Shown here: piece by piece, positions 9,109-19,594 of the stretch
Layout: each line of letters starts with the position of its first letter
Position numbering within the stretch: position 1 is the stretch's first letter
DNA from: Prochlorococcus marinus subsp. pastoris str. CCMP1986
GTDB lineage: Bacteria > Cyanobacteriota > Cyanobacteriia > PCC-6307 > Cyanobiaceae
Direction of reading: 5' to 3'
DNA: 32,000 bases
Assembly (NCBI RefSeq): GCF_000011465.1
Contig: NC_005072.1
Span: forward strand, 990,001-1,022,000
Made by a program: the position numbers and the translations under genes
The notes under the pieces: generated by a model
The model's input: only the letters and a program-made list of their open reading frames with translations
Told to the model about the DNA's origin: nothing
Databases searched by the model: none

Positions 9109-9681
9109 AAAAGTCAATTTTGATTGACCATAAGTCCTAACATCATAAATATTCCAGAGAATATTCGTCTTAATATCCATATCTAATGAATGTTCGCAGA
9201 TAACAATAGTACCTTTCTTTATAAAATTACAATTAAATATTTGATTTAATACTAATTCATGGTAATTAGCTCTATATGGGGGATCTAAAAAGATAAAGTC
9301 AAATTTTATTTTATTAAAATCATTTGAAGAGAAGATATTCCTCTCAGTATTTGGCTTAGTCCAAATTAATACATCTTTGCAAATAACTTCAATATCATTT
9401 TTTCGATTATCTATATTTTGCAATGAGTGAAGATTTTTTAAACATATTTTTGAATTGTTTTTATTTTTTTCAATTGCAACTATTTTTTTTGCTCCATGAT
9501 TATAGGCTTCACAGGACACAGCACCTGTTCCGCTAAATAAATCTAACCAATTAGAATTTTCTACAGTATTTTTCAAAATATTAAAAATTGCTTCCCTAAC
9601 CATTAAGGTTGTTGGCCTAGTATCAATATTTCTCGAGCTTTCAAGCCTTCGTCCTCCAATTAACCTCAAATTTGTTTTCAT
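9094..9681 (-). CDS. rsmD: RsmD-family 16S rRNA (guanine-N2)-methyltransferase
   Basis: 195-aa [32 protein letters not shown], the SAM-binding [14 protein letters not shown] and the catalytic FLDPPY motif match the RsmD (Cons_hypoth95) family. ATG start. Confidence 0.8.
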   Translation of the reverse strand: MKTNLRLIGGRRLESSRNIDTRPTTLMVREAIFNILKNTVENSNWLDLFSGTGAVSCEAYNHGAKKIVAIEKNKNNSKICLKNLHSLQNIDNRKNDIEVICKDVLIWTKPNTERNIFSSNDFNKIKFDFIFLDPPYRANYHELVLNQIFNCNFIKKGTIVICEHSLDMDIKTNILWNIYDVRTYGQSKLTFLIHI

Positions 9682-9696
9682 ATATCACAAATCAAA

Positions 9697-10314
9697 TTAT
9701 TGAATACTCTTAATCCATCGACGTAAAAGTTTTTCACCAGTTTTCCCTGATTTTTCAGGATGAAACTGGCAAGCCATTAAATTATCTCGTTCTATCATTG
9801 CTGTTAATTTTTCAGAACCATAACTAACATTTGCAGTTATTAAATTATTATTCGATGGTACCGCATGATAAGAATGAACAAAATATACCCAATTATTTAA
9901 TTCATCCACTTTTAATAAGCTATTTTTTCTTGTAGGAAGAAGTTCACACCAACCAACATGAGGGATTCTTTGATCAGACAATTGAGGGATTTTTTTTATT
10001 TGGCCCTTTACTATTCCAAGTCCATTAATTGTACCTTCATCACTTGATTCAAAAAGTAATTGCAATCCAAGACAAATCCCTAAAAATGATTTACCACTTT
10101 TAATCCAATTTTTAATATCAATTATTAACTCTGTTTTACTGAGATTATTAATAGCAGGATCAAATGAACCAACTCCTGGAAGTATTAATGCTTTACAGTC
10201 TTTTATTTGATGATTATTTTTTATTAAAATTATTTCTTCTTCAAGGCTTTCTAAGGCTTTTGTTACGGAATGTATGTTACCCATCCCATAATCTATGAGT
10301 CCTATTTTAGCCAA
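9697..10314 (-). CDS. hisH: imidazole glycerol phosphate synthase, glutamine amidotransferase subunit HisH
   Basis: 205-aa ORF. IGLIDYGMGNIHSV, the class-I GATase nucleophile GICLGLQLL and the C-terminal CQFHPEKSG are diagnostic. The start can only be TTG (10312-10314), because the first ATG lies inside the DYGMGN motif. Confidence 0.9.
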   Translation of the reverse strand: MAKIGLIDYGMGNIHSVTKALESLEEEIILIKNNHQIKDCKALILPGVGSFDPAINNLSKTELIIDIKNWIKSGKSFLGICLGLQLLFESSDEGTINGLGIVKGQIKKIPQLSDQRIPHVGWCELLPTRKNSLLKVDELNNWVYFVHSYHAVPSNNNLITANVSYGSEKLTAMIERDNLMACQFHPEKSGKTGEKLLRRWIKSIQ

Positions 10315-10323
10315 AACCTTATT

Positions 10324-10647
10324 TTATAAGTGTTTTGATAAGGTACTTGAAAGAGTCGCTTTTGGTACTGCTCCAACAACAGTATCAACTTTTTGACCAC
10401 CTTTGAAGATCATTAAAGTCGGGATACTTCTGATTCCATATTGACTTGCAACATTTGGATTCTCATCTGTATTTAATTTAAATACTTTGATTTTACCTTC
10501 AAAGTCTTTCGAAATCTCCTCTACTACTGGTGCGACCATCCTGCAAGGTCCGCACCATGGAGCCCAAAAATCAACTAAAACTGGCAGATTACTTTGCAAA
10601 ACTTCTTTGTCGAATGAAGAATCAGTTACGGCGGGGGCTGATGACAT
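10324..10647 (-). CDS. trxA: thioredoxin
   Basis: 107-aa ORF with the WCGPC active site in [18 protein letters not shown] and the full thioredoxin-fold pattern. It lies 9 nt upstream of hisH on the same strand. Confidence 0.95.
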   Translation of the reverse strand: MSSAPAVTDSSFDKEVLQSNLPVLVDFWAPWCGPCRMVAPVVEEISKDFEGKIKVFKLNTDENPNVASQYGIRSIPTLMIFKGGQKVDTVVGAVPKATLSSTLSKHL

Positions 10648-10740
10648 AATTTAGATATTCCTTTAAGAAAATTTAGCAAGCTATTCTTTTAAGTGATGAT
10701 TTCATTACAGATAAAAACATATAAGTAACAAAACAGACTT

Positions 10741-10762
10741 AAAAAAGCCCGATAAATCGGGC
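10741..10762 (-). terminator. Rho-independent terminator (3' hairpin of Yfr1; would also stop guaB read-through)
   Basis: GCCCGA (10757-10762 complement) / UUUA loop / UCGGGC, followed by six U (complement of the A-run 10741-10746) on the minus strand. Confidence 0.75.
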
Positions 10763-10799
10763 GATTTGGTGTGTGAGGAGTATGGGGTTTCCCCCATGT
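10741..10799 (-). ncRNA. yfr1: Yfr1-type cyanobacterial small regulatory RNA
   Basis: The minus strand reads CAUGGGG-GAAA-CCCCAU / ACUCCUCACAC / ACCAAAUC / GCCCGA-UUUA-UCGGGC-UUUUUU. That is a 5' hairpin with a GNRA loop, the invariant single-stranded Yfr1 motif ACUCCUCACAC (complement of 10771-10781), and a 3' terminator hairpin with a U-tract. The guaB-trxA spacer is where Yfr1 was originally described in marine picocyanobacteria. The 5' end is approximate (within a few nt). Confidence 0.8.
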
Positions 10800-10855
10800 A
10801 TTAATGATAACTCCTAAATAGAAATTTTTTCCATATGAAGAGATTAGATTTTATG

Positions 10856-12019
10856 TTATTTACCCATTCCAAGTCGTTGGGCTTTTTGATAAACCTTACC
10901 CTCTGTCAAGAGAGATGGTGCAATAACAATTTCTACTTTTTGCATTTCTTTAATATTTTTAGCTCCAAGAGTACTCATGGATGTCCGTATAGCTCCAATT
11001 AAATTATGTGTCCCGTCATCAAGTAATGCCGGTCCTTTTATGATTCTTTCTAAAGAACCTGTAGAGCCTACCTCAATTCTTGTACCTCTTGGTAAAATTG
11101 GACTAGGTGTAGCCATTCCCCAATGAAATCCATTACCTGGGGCACTTGATGATTTGGCTATAGGGGAACCAATCATTACAGCATCAGCGCCACAAGCAAG
11201 ACATTTACAAATATCTCCACCAGTAATAATTCCTCCATCAGCAATTATGGGGACATAACGTCCAGTTTCTTCAAAATAATCATCTCTTGCTGAACTGCAG
11301 TCAGATATTGCTGTTGCCTGAGGGATTCCGATGCCTAAAACCCCTCTGGAAGTACATGCAGCTCCAGGACCAATTCCCACCATAAGGCCTGCTACACCTG
11401 CTTTCATAAGTAGATCTGCAACTTCATAAGTTACACAGTTTCCAGCAACAACGGGAATTTTTAAAGATTTACATAGACTTTTAATATTTAACGTCTCTTT
11501 TCCTTCCATACCTAAATGCTCGGTTGAAACTACTGTTCCCTGTAGAAAAAATAAATCTATTTTTGATTTGACAAGTATTTCTTTAAATTTAATAGCAGCT
11601 TGAGGAGTACCACTTAAAGCGGCTATCCCTCCTTTTTCTTTAATTTCATTAATTCTTTTAATTATTAGATCTTCTTTTATAGGTTCACTATATATTTTTT
11701 GCATAAGAGGAACGAATTCACTTTTCCCAACAGATGAGATTTGACTTAATATTTCTTTTGGATTTTCATATCTAGTTTGAATACCCTCCATATTAAGAAC
11801 ACCAAGAGCTCCTAACTCTGAAAGCTCTACAGCTGTATCTACATCAACCACACTATCCATTGCACTCGCAATAATTGGAATTTCTCTTTTAACATTCCCA
11901 ATTGACCAAGAAGGATTAGTTAAATCATAATCTAGAGTTCGAGTCCCAGGAACTAACGCTATTTCATCAATACCATAAGCTCTTCTAACTTTTTTGTTTA
12001 AACCAATTTCAATATTCAC
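10856..12019 (-). CDS. guaB: IMP dehydrogenase, short form without a CBS/Bateman insert
   Basis: The TIM-barrel IMPDH/GMPR family is recognisable from AYGIDEIALVPG, IPIIASAMDSV, the catalytic-Cys loop GIGPGAACTSR and IIADGGI..GGDI.K.LA.GADAVMIG. There is no in-frame ATG near the N-terminus. The listed ORF begins at TTG 12088; GTG at 12017-12019 gives (M)NIEIGLNKK..., a 387-aa product that fits homologues better, and is preferred. Confidence 0.88.
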   Translation of the reverse strand: MNIEIGLNKKVRRAYGIDEIALVPGTRTLDYDLTNPSWSIGNVKREIPIIASAMDSVVDVDTAVELSELGALGVLNMEGIQTRYENPKEILSQISSVGKSEFVPLMQKIYSEPIKEDLIIKRINEIKEKGGIAALSGTPQAAIKFKEILVKSKIDLFFLQGTVVSTEHLGMEGKETLNIKSLCKSLKIPVVAGNCVTYEVADLLMKAGVAGLMVGIGPGAACTSRGVLGIGIPQATAISDCSSARDDYFEETGRYVPIIADGGIITGGDICKCLACGADAVMIGSPIAKSSSAPGNGFHWGMATPSPILPRGTRIEVGSTGSLERIIKGPALLDDGTHNLIGAIRTSMSTLGAKNIKEMQKVEIVIAPSLLTEGKVYQKAQRLGMGK

Positions 12020-12198
12020 AATTTTTTTATTTATTCTGATTAAGTTAACAACTAAAGGGGTAATAAGCCAATAATTATTGAAAAACAAAAGAGTTTTTTT
12101 ATTATTTGTGTATAAATGTGAGTATTTGAAAATTAATTATTAGCTTTTTTTTATTCATTCTGACAATCAGGGATTATTATTAAATAAAGATCTTTTAA

Positions 12199-14802
12199 AT
12201 GTCTGATATTGTTGATTCTGAGAATTCTGGTTTGAGTGAAAATAACGATCGAATCATTCAGACTGATTTAAGAAATGAGATGTCACGCTCTTATCTAGAG
12301 TATGCGATGAGTGTTATCGTCGGACGTGCTCTCCCTGATGCAAGAGATGGATTAAAGCCAGTTCATAGAAGGATCTTATATGCGATGTATGAGCTTGGTT
12401 TAACAAGCGGTAGGCCATATAGAAAATGTGCGAGGGTAGTTGGAGAGGTTTTAGGAAAGTACCATCCTCATGGAGATACTGCTGTTTACGATGCATTAGT
12501 ACGTATGGCACAGGATTTTTCTATGAGAATGCCATTAATTGATGGACATGGGAACTTCGGGTCCGTAGATAATGATCCACCTGCCGCGATGAGATATACA
12601 GAATCACGTCTTCAATCCCTAACAGATGAAAGTTTACTCGAGGATATTGAATCTGAGACTGTGGATTTTTCAGATAATTTTGATGGTTCACAACAAGAAC
12701 CAAATGTTTTACCAGCTAGGATCCCCCAACTCCTTTTAAATGGATCATCAGGTATTGCTGTTGGAATGGCAACTAATATACCCCCGCATAATTTAGGAGA
12801 ATTAATCGATGGTCTTAAAGCTATAATCAAAAATCCCTCAACAGAAGATAAAGAACTTTTTGAATTAATTAAAGGCCCAGATTTTCCAACTGGAGGCCAG
12901 ATACTAGGAAGAGATGGTATCAAAGAGACCTTCAAATCTGGGAAAGGGTCAATAACTATGAGAGGGGTTGCAGATATTGAACAAATCAAATCTCCTGGAA
13001 GAGCAGAAAAAGATGCCGTAATAATTACTGAGCTTCCATTTCAAACTAATAAAGCAGCTCTTATAGAAAGAATCGCAGATCTAGTAAATGAGAAAAGATT
13101 AGATGGGATATCAGATATTAGAGATGAAAGTGATAGAGATGGGATGAGAATTGTAATTGAGCTTAAAAGAGATGCCTATCCTCAAGTTGTTCTAAATAAT
13201 TTATTTAAAATAACACCTCTACAAAATAACTTTAGTGCAAACATTTTAGCTCTTGTCAACGGAGAACCTACAACCCTTTCTCTCAGAAAAATGCTAGATG
13301 TATTTTTAGAATTTAGAATTGAAACAATCAAAAGAAGAACAAGTTTCTTGTTAAGAAAAGCAGAGGAAAGAGATCACATTATCAAAGGTCTTCTTTTAGC
13401 ACTTAACGCTATGGATAACATTATAAATTTAATAAGATCTGCAAAAGATACGAATTCAGCAAGAGAACAACTGCAAAATGATCATGAATTATCTGTAATT
13501 CAAGCAGATGCAATTTTACAAATGCAATTAAGAAGATTAACAGCTTTAGAGGCAGATAAAATTAAATCAGAACATGATGAACTTACAAAAAAAATTACAG
13601 ATTACAAAAATATATTGAATGATAAAGAGAGAATAAATGAAATTATTCTTGAAGAGCTTAGTAAAATAGATGAAAGATTTTCATCTCCGAGAAAAACAGA
13701 GATTCTAAATTTAGGCGGGGGGCTAGATGATATTGACTTAATAGCCAATGAAAGATCCGTTGTCTTATTAACTACAGCAGGATACTTAAAAAGAATGCCT
13801 GTAAGTGAATTCGAATCTACAAGCAGAGGATCCAGAGGTAAAGCTGGAACAAAGAATCAACAAGATGATGAAGTTAAATTATTTATAAGCTGCAATGACC
13901 ATGACACTCTTCTACTTTTTAGTGATCGAGGGGTAGCTTATGCACTTCCAGCATATCGAGTACCTATGAGTAGTAGAACAGCTAAAGGGACTCCCTCTGT
14001 TCAACTACTCCCAATACCAAGAGAAGAACAAATCACTTCTCTTGTTTCAGTAGATTCTTTCGATAACGAGTGTTATTTATTAATGCTAACCAAAGCTGGA
14101 TTTATAAAAAGGACTCCACTATCTGCCTTTTCAAAAGTACGTTCAAATGGTTTAATAGCAATTAATCTAGAAGAGGGTGATGCTTTAACTTGGGTTAGAT
14201 TATCAACAGAAGGAGATAGTGTCTTAATCGGGTCAAGCAGAGGAATGACAATTCATTTTAGGTTAGATACTAATGAATTAAGACCTCTTGGGAGAACTGC
14301 TAGAGGTGTTAAATCAATGAACTTAAAAGAAGGAGATAAACTTGTTTCAATGGATGTTTTAAGTTGTGACCTGGTTGATCAATTAGCAAATCTTGAAGAG
14401 GAAGATATTGAAAATGAGAATGAGGAAGATCTTGAAAGTAAATCTTCAAATGGACCATGGATTTTAGTAGCAAGTGCTTTTGGTCTTGGGAAAAGAGTTC
14501 CAGTTACAAAATTTAGATTACAAAAACGTGCAGGTATGGGACTAAGAGCAATTAAATTCAGAATCAAAGATGATTCACTCGTCGGCCTTAAGGTTCTTGG
14601 AGAAGGTGAAGAATTACTTTTGGTTACAGAAAGAGGCGTAATTGTAAGAACTAATGCCGATAAAATCTCTCAACAATCAAGAGCTGCTACAGGTGTAAAG
14701 TTACAAAGACTAGATGATGGAGATCATTTATCCGAGGTTGTGTTGGTTCCTCATGAACAAATTGAAGAAGATCAATTAATTTCGAATGAAGAAGAAACTT
14801 AA
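12199..14802 (+). CDS. gyrA: DNA gyrase subunit A
   Basis: 867-aa [36 protein letters not shown], the active-site region AAMRYTE (catalytic Tyr), the GyrA-box-containing C-terminal beta-pinwheel repeats and an acidic tail are all present. Confidence 0.97.
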   Translation: MSDIVDSENSGLSENNDRIIQTDLRNEMSRSYLEYAMSVIVGRALPDARDGLKPVHRRILYAMYELGLTSGRPYRKCARVVGEVLGKYHPHGDTAVYDALVRMAQDFSMRMPLIDGHGNFGSVDNDPPAAMRYTESRLQSLTDESLLEDIESETVDFSDNFDGSQQEPNVLPARIPQLLLNGSSGIAVGMATNIPPHNLGELIDGLKAIIKNPSTEDKELFELIKGPDFPTGGQILGRDGIKETFKSGKGSITMRGVADIEQIKSPGRAEKDAVIITELPFQTNKAALIERIADLVNEKRLDGISDIRDESDRDGMRIVIELKRDAYPQVVLNNLFKITPLQNNFSANILALVNGEPTTLSLRKMLDVFLEFRIETIKRRTSFLLRKAEERDHIIKGLLLALNAMDNIINLIRSAKDTNSAREQLQNDHELSVIQADAILQMQLRRLTALEADKIKSEHDELTKKITDYKNILNDKERINEIILEELSKIDERFSSPRKTEILNLGGGLDDIDLIANERSVVLLTTAGYLKRMPVSEFESTSRGSRGKAGTKNQQDDEVKLFISCNDHDTLLLFSDRGVAYALPAYRVPMSSRTAKGTPSVQLLPIPREEQITSLVSVDSFDNECYLLMLTKAGFIKRTPLSAFSKVRSNGLIAINLEEGDALTWVRLSTEGDSVLIGSSRGMTIHFRLDTNELRPLGRTARGVKSMNLKEGDKLVSMDVLSCDLVDQLANLEEEDIENENEEDLESKSSNGPWILVASAFGLGKRVPVTKFRLQKRAGMGLRAIKFRIKDDSLVGLKVLGEGEELLLVTERGVIVRTNADKISQQSRAATGVKLQRLDDGDHLSEVVLVPHEQIEEDQLISNEEET

Positions 14803-14826
14803 CAACCTTTAGATTAGAAAGTTCTT

Positions 14827-16038
14827 ATGGAAACACTTGATATTTTGATATTAGGTTCTGGGCCTGCAGCATTATGTTTGGCTTCAGAATTAGCCAAACA
14901 AAATCTTAATATCAAGGGGATATCAACAAAATCTCCTTATGAAAAATGGGAAAATACATATGGGATTTGGGCGTCTGAGTTAGAAGAATTTGGTTTAGTG
15001 TCTTTGTTATCTCATAGATGGTCAAAAACTGTAAGTTATTTTGGAGATGGAATAAAGGACAAAGGTAATAGTCCCACAAAACATTATTATGATTATGGTT
15101 TGATTAATCAGGAAGCTTTCCAAAATGAACTTTTGAAGACCTGCAAAGGTATTCAGTGGTTAAATGAAACTGCGAAATTAATTAAATCAAAAAACAAGAT
15201 TTCTGAAGTGATTTGTTCATCAGGGTTAAAACTAAAGGCAAGATTAGTCATTGATGCAAGCGGACATAAGAGTAAATTTATAAAAAGACCATTTTTAAAA
15301 GAAGTCGCACAGCAAGCTGCTTATGGAATCGTCGGTAAATTTTCTGCTCCTCCTGTAAAAAAAGATCAATTTGTTTTAATGGATTTTCGTTCTGACCATT
15401 TAGAGGATGAAGAGTTGTTAAAATCTCCCTCTTTTCTTTACGCAATGGATTTAGGGAGTGAAACTTATTTTGTGGAAGAGACATCACTAGCTAGTTATCC
15501 TTCTTTTTCACAAGACCATCTAAAAAAAAGACTTTTAAGTAGATTAAATAACAAAGGTATAAAAGTAGTAGAAATTTTTCATGAGGAGAATTGCTTATTC
15601 CCTATGAATTTACCACTACCATATAAGAATCAATCGGTTCTTGGTTTTGGAGGGGCCGCAAGTATGGTTCATCCCGCATCTGGATATATGATTGGTTCTC
15701 TATTAAGAAGAGCTCCACTTCTTGCTAAAAAATTAGCAATCTTTTTGAAAGAACCAAACTTTAGTTCACTTGAATTAGCCACTAAAGGATGGTCAGTCTT
15801 ATGGCCATATGAATTAATTCAAAGACATAGGCTCTATCAATATGGACTCAGGAGATTAATGAGCTTTGATGAAAGTAGATTAAGATGTTTTTTTTCTAAT
15901 TTTTTCAAATTGTCAACGGAAGAATGGGTAGGTTTTCTAACCAATACTCTTCCATTACCTAAATTGATTTATGTAATGAGTAAAATGTTTATAAATTCAC
16001 CTTTAAAAGTTAAGCTTGGGATGTTAAAGATAAAATGA
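14827..16038 (+). CDS. crtL: lycopene cyclase, CrtL family (beta- or epsilon-type cannot be decided by eye)
   Basis: 403-aa ORF. It has the N-terminal FAD dinucleotide-binding motif DILILGSGPAALCLASELA and the CrtL/plant-type lycopene cyclase motifs (FLYAMD, FGGAASMVHPASGYM). It lies 24 nt downstream of gyrA on the same strand. Confidence 0.85.
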   Translation: METLDILILGSGPAALCLASELAKQNLNIKGISTKSPYEKWENTYGIWASELEEFGLVSLLSHRWSKTVSYFGDGIKDKGNSPTKHYYDYGLINQEAFQNELLKTCKGIQWLNETAKLIKSKNKISEVICSSGLKLKARLVIDASGHKSKFIKRPFLKEVAQQAAYGIVGKFSAPPVKKDQFVLMDFRSDHLEDEELLKSPSFLYAMDLGSETYFVEETSLASYPSFSQDHLKKRLLSRLNNKGIKVVEIFHEENCLFPMNLPLPYKNQSVLGFGGAASMVHPASGYMIGSLLRRAPLLAKKLAIFLKEPNFSSLELATKGWSVLWPYELIQRHRLYQYGLRRLMSFDESRLRCFFSNFFKLSTEEWVGFLTNTLPLPKLIYVMSKMFINSPLKVKLGMLKIK

Positions 16039-16043
16039 GATTC

Positions 16044-17627
16044 TTATAATTGCCAATCTTGAATTCTTATATTAGGGAATATGTTATCTTCTTCTTCAAT
16101 ATTTTTGAGAAATTTATAATCAATAAAAGATTTATTTTCTAACATCTCAATTAATTTCCAGAATCTAAAAAGATGTCTATCAATCCTTTCTTTAGCGAGT
16201 TCAGTTGTAGTTCCCGCCTTTAAAATGAAACTCCAATCAGAGGATTCAGAAAGAAGTAACTCTCTTGCTGCTTGCTTTAATAATCTTATAGAGAAATCAT
16301 CATTAAATTTATTACTGGATAATTCAACAAAAACAGAACCCGCTTTTGTTATTTCTGGAACTATCCATGCGTTTTTATCATTAAGCCAGTAATTATGAAA
16401 TCCGCCCTGACCCCAGCTTGAAGGAGATGGATCACAAATTTGAAGGTTAGGATTTTGGAGAAGAATTTCCCTTAGGTTTGTAAGCTTAATGAAATATTTT
16501 GTAGATCTTTTAAGAATATTTTCAATAAATCTTGGTCCTTCATACCACCAATGTCCAAATAGTTCAGCATCAAATGGAGCAATTAACAAAGGTTCGAATG
16601 ATGCGGATAAAGAAAGTTTCTTTAATTGTTTAGATCTTGATAAAAGATAATTGTCTGCATGTTCTTCAACTTTTTTTATAGCCTCATCTTCTACATAAAA
16701 TTCTTTTTTGCCTAGTGAACAATTATTGTTTGTAATTCTATGAAATTTCAATCCTAAAGGCCTGCTTGTTGGAATTCCTTTTTTTTGTAGTTCTGTGGAA
16801 GATAATTCCCACCCTAAGTCTTTATGAAATTCTCTATAAACTGAATTCCCTGGGTATCCTTCTCTTGAGGACCAAACTGGCAATGTTGATTCACTATCTC
16901 TCCCAAAAAAAGCTATCCCTTTTTTTGAACAAATAGGTGCATATACTCCATACCTTGGCCTTGGTGATCCATTTAAAATCCCATGACCGTCTAAAACTGC
17001 ATATCTAATTCCACAATTAAGTAATATTTCATCAAGTTTTTCATAATAAGCGCACTCAGGTAACCAAATCCCTAATGGTCTTGTTCCAAAAATAACTTTA
17101 TGACTTCTTATTGCAGTATTTATTTGACCTAAAACTGTTTCAGGGTTTTCTCTAAGAATTGGTAAATATCCATGTGTTGCCGCACAAGTAAGAATATCTA
17201 AATTTCCAGTCAAATTTAAATTTTTAAATCTTTCAACTAAATCTCCAGAACATTTTTCCCAATATAAATAATTATTTTTAATATTTCTCAGAAGAAATTC
17301 AGATGCAGCTTGTTCTTTTTTAGATAAATCATTCAAAAATTCTATTCTTGTTTTTATCCAGGATGAGTATTTCTTTTGAATTTGTTTATTTTGAAGAAGT
17401 GACAATAAGGTTGGAGATAAACTGAGGGTTAATTTTGTATTGCTTGTATCTTGCTTTTTGCTTGATTCCATTACTTGAAGTAATGGAATATAACATTCGA
17501 GTATTGCTTGGAATAACCAATCTTCTTCTAAGGAATTTTTTTCATTTTTTCTAACAAATGGGAGATGAGCATGTAAAACTATTGCCAATCTGCCTAAGTA
17601 ATTTTTATTAGGGAGAGGCCCATTCAT
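16044..17627 (-). CDS. glycoside hydrolase family 57 protein (glucan branching enzyme / amylopullulanase-like)
   Basis: 527-aa ORF. The N-terminal LAIVLHAHLPFVR, the GNLDILTCAATHGYLP, WLPECAY and FDAELFGHWWYEGP segments correspond to the conserved GH57 regions, including the catalytic Glu/Asp contexts. Confidence 0.85.
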   Translation of the reverse strand: MNGPLPNKNYLGRLAIVLHAHLPFVRKNEKNSLEEDWLFQAILECYIPLLQVMESSKKQDTSNTKLTLSLSPTLLSLLQNKQIQKKYSSWIKTRIEFLNDLSKKEQAASEFLLRNIKNNYLYWEKCSGDLVERFKNLNLTGNLDILTCAATHGYLPILRENPETVLGQINTAIRSHKVIFGTRPLGIWLPECAYYEKLDEILLNCGIRYAVLDGHGILNGSPRPRYGVYAPICSKKGIAFFGRDSESTLPVWSSREGYPGNSVYREFHKDLGWELSSTELQKKGIPTSRPLGLKFHRITNNNCSLGKKEFYVEDEAIKKVEEHADNYLLSRSKQLKKLSLSASFEPLLIAPFDAELFGHWWYEGPRFIENILKRSTKYFIKLTNLREILLQNPNLQICDPSPSSWGQGGFHNYWLNDKNAWIVPEITKAGSVFVELSSNKFNDDFSIRLLKQAARELLLSESSDWSFILKAGTTTELAKERIDRHLFRFWKLIEMLENKSFIDYKFLKNIEEEDNIFPNIRIQDWQL

Positions 17628-17863
17628 AGTTTTTAAAGATTATGGTTGAAATTCGTTATAAAATATTAAAATTTACTTTTAGGCAAATATTCAATTATTT
17701 AATTTTTTAGAATAATACTTTATTAATCAAATATAAAAACTTTTTATTTATAATTTTTTAACCAAAAATAATAAGTTTTTGATTCCTATAGACAGGTAAT
17801 ATTTATCCGTATCTAGTAATTTTTTTTTAATTAGCTTAATATAGAATTAATTGTAATAAATTA

Positions 17864-19504
17864 ATGTCCAAAGATCCTGGCAGAATATTGATCTTTGATA
17901 CAACACTGAGAGATGGTGAGCAATCCCCTGGCGCGAGTTTAAATCTTGAGGAAAAGCTTGCAATTGCCCATCAACTTGCAAGATTAGGAGTAGATGTTAT
18001 TGAAGCAGGATTTCCATTTGCTAGTCCTGGAGATTTTAAGGCCGTAAATAAAATTGCTGAAGTAGTTGGTGGAGAAAATGGTCCAATAATTTGTGGTTTA
18101 GCCAGGGCTTCTACAAATGATATAAAAGCTTGTTATGAAGCTATAAGCCCAGCCCCTAAAAAAAGAATTCATACATTTATAGCCACTAGTGATATACACC
18201 TAAAACATAAACTTAGAAAAACAAGATCAGATGTTCTTTGTATAGTTCCTGAAATGGTTAGTTATGCTAAATCGTTAGTTGATGATATTGAGTTCTCTTG
18301 TGAAGATGCCTCAAGGAGTGATCCTGAATTTCTTTATGAAGTAATTCAACTAGCGATTACATCAGGAGCTACAACTATAAATATTCCAGATACAGTTGGG
18401 TTCACAACTCCAAGTGAATTTGGGAAGCTTATTTTTGATATTAATAAAAATGTTCCAAATATTGATGAAGCTATTATTTCAGTTCATGGTCATAATGATT
18501 TAGGTTTAGCTGTAGCTAATTTTTTAGAAGCAGCAAAGAACGGAGCTAGGCAATTAGAGTGCACAATAAATGGGATAGGTGAAAGAGCAGGGAATGCCTC
18601 TTTAGAAGAGTTAGTAATGGCATTACACGTGAGGAAAAGTTTTTTTAATAGTTTCTTTGGAAGAAGTTCAGATTCACCGACTCCATTAACAGCCATAAGA
18701 ACAGAAGAAATCACAAAAACTTCGAGATTAGTATCTAACTTAACTGGAATGAATGTTCAGCCTAATAAGGCAATTGTTGGAGCAAATGCTTTTGCTCATG
18801 AGTCGGGAATCCATCAGGATGGTGTACTAAAAAATAGACTCACATATGAAATTATTGATGCAAAAACTGTTGGTTTGAATGATAATAAAATTTCATTAGG
18901 GAAACTTAGCGGAAGAAGTGCCGTAAGAGCAAGATTGGAAGAGATGGGATACGATTTAAGTAGAGAAGACCTGAATGATGCTTTTGCTCGTTTCAAAGAA
19001 CTCGCTGATAGAAAACGAGAAATTACTGATAGAGATTTAGAAGCTATTGTTAGTGAACAGGTTCAACTTCCTGAATCTAAATTTCAACTAAGCCATGTTC
19101 AAGTTAGTTGCGGCAGTACATCAAAGCCTACCGCGACAGTAACTCTTATAAATACAGAAGATCATACTGAAGATACTGCTGTCGCAATAGGTACTGGACC
19201 TGTTGATGCGGTTTGCGAAGCGCTAAATGCATTAACTAAAGTTCCTAATGAATTAATAGAGTTTTCAGTAAAATCTGTAACGGAAGGAATAGATGCACTA
19301 GGGGAAGTTACTATAAGAATTCGTAACAAGAATAAAATATATTCAGGCCATTCTGCGGATACAGACGTAGTTGTTGCTGCTGCGAATGCTTTTGTTAATG
19401 CTTTAAACAGGCTTGTATTTTCAGAGAAGAAAAACTCTATTCACCCCCAATTTGATGATTTAGAAAATCCTAAAAATAAGGTACTATCAAATCCTAAAAA
19501 ATAG
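17864..19504 (+). CDS. leuA: 2-isopropylmalate synthase
   Basis: 546-aa [45 protein letters not shown] and the C-terminal LeuA dimerisation/regulatory domain are present. Confidence 0.95.
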   Translation: MSKDPGRILIFDTTLRDGEQSPGASLNLEEKLAIAHQLARLGVDVIEAGFPFASPGDFKAVNKIAEVVGGENGPIICGLARASTNDIKACYEAISPAPKKRIHTFIATSDIHLKHKLRKTRSDVLCIVPEMVSYAKSLVDDIEFSCEDASRSDPEFLYEVIQLAITSGATTINIPDTVGFTTPSEFGKLIFDINKNVPNIDEAIISVHGHNDLGLAVANFLEAAKNGARQLECTINGIGERAGNASLEELVMALHVRKSFFNSFFGRSSDSPTPLTAIRTEEITKTSRLVSNLTGMNVQPNKAIVGANAFAHESGIHQDGVLKNRLTYEIIDAKTVGLNDNKISLGKLSGRSAVRARLEEMGYDLSREDLNDAFARFKELADRKREITDRDLEAIVSEQVQLPESKFQLSHVQVSCGSTSKPTATVTLINTEDHTEDTAVAIGTGPVDAVCEALNALTKVPNELIEFSVKSVTEGIDALGEVTIRIRNKNKIYSGHSADTDVVVAAANAFVNALNRLVFSEKKNSIHPQFDDLENPKNKVLSNPKK

Positions 19505-19594
19505 TTTAGTTTTGGGATTATTAAGTTTAGCCAAAAACTAGTAGCCTAATAATGTAGATTAAAGCTTTAATTTTAAATTTAATCAACTAAAATA

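Noticed and set aside
12314-12989. Three antisense ORFs (65, 60 and 125 aa) inside gyrA
   Set aside because: They lie wholly within a highly conserved gene on the opposite strand, have low-complexity Ser/Pro/Ile-rich translations and no motifs. They are typical shadow ORFs.
19507-19540. Imperfect inverted repeat (TAGTTTTGG / CCAAAAACTA) just after the leuA stop
   Set aside because: The stem is AT-rich with a bulge, has a 15-nt loop and no following T-run. It is not convincing as a terminator.
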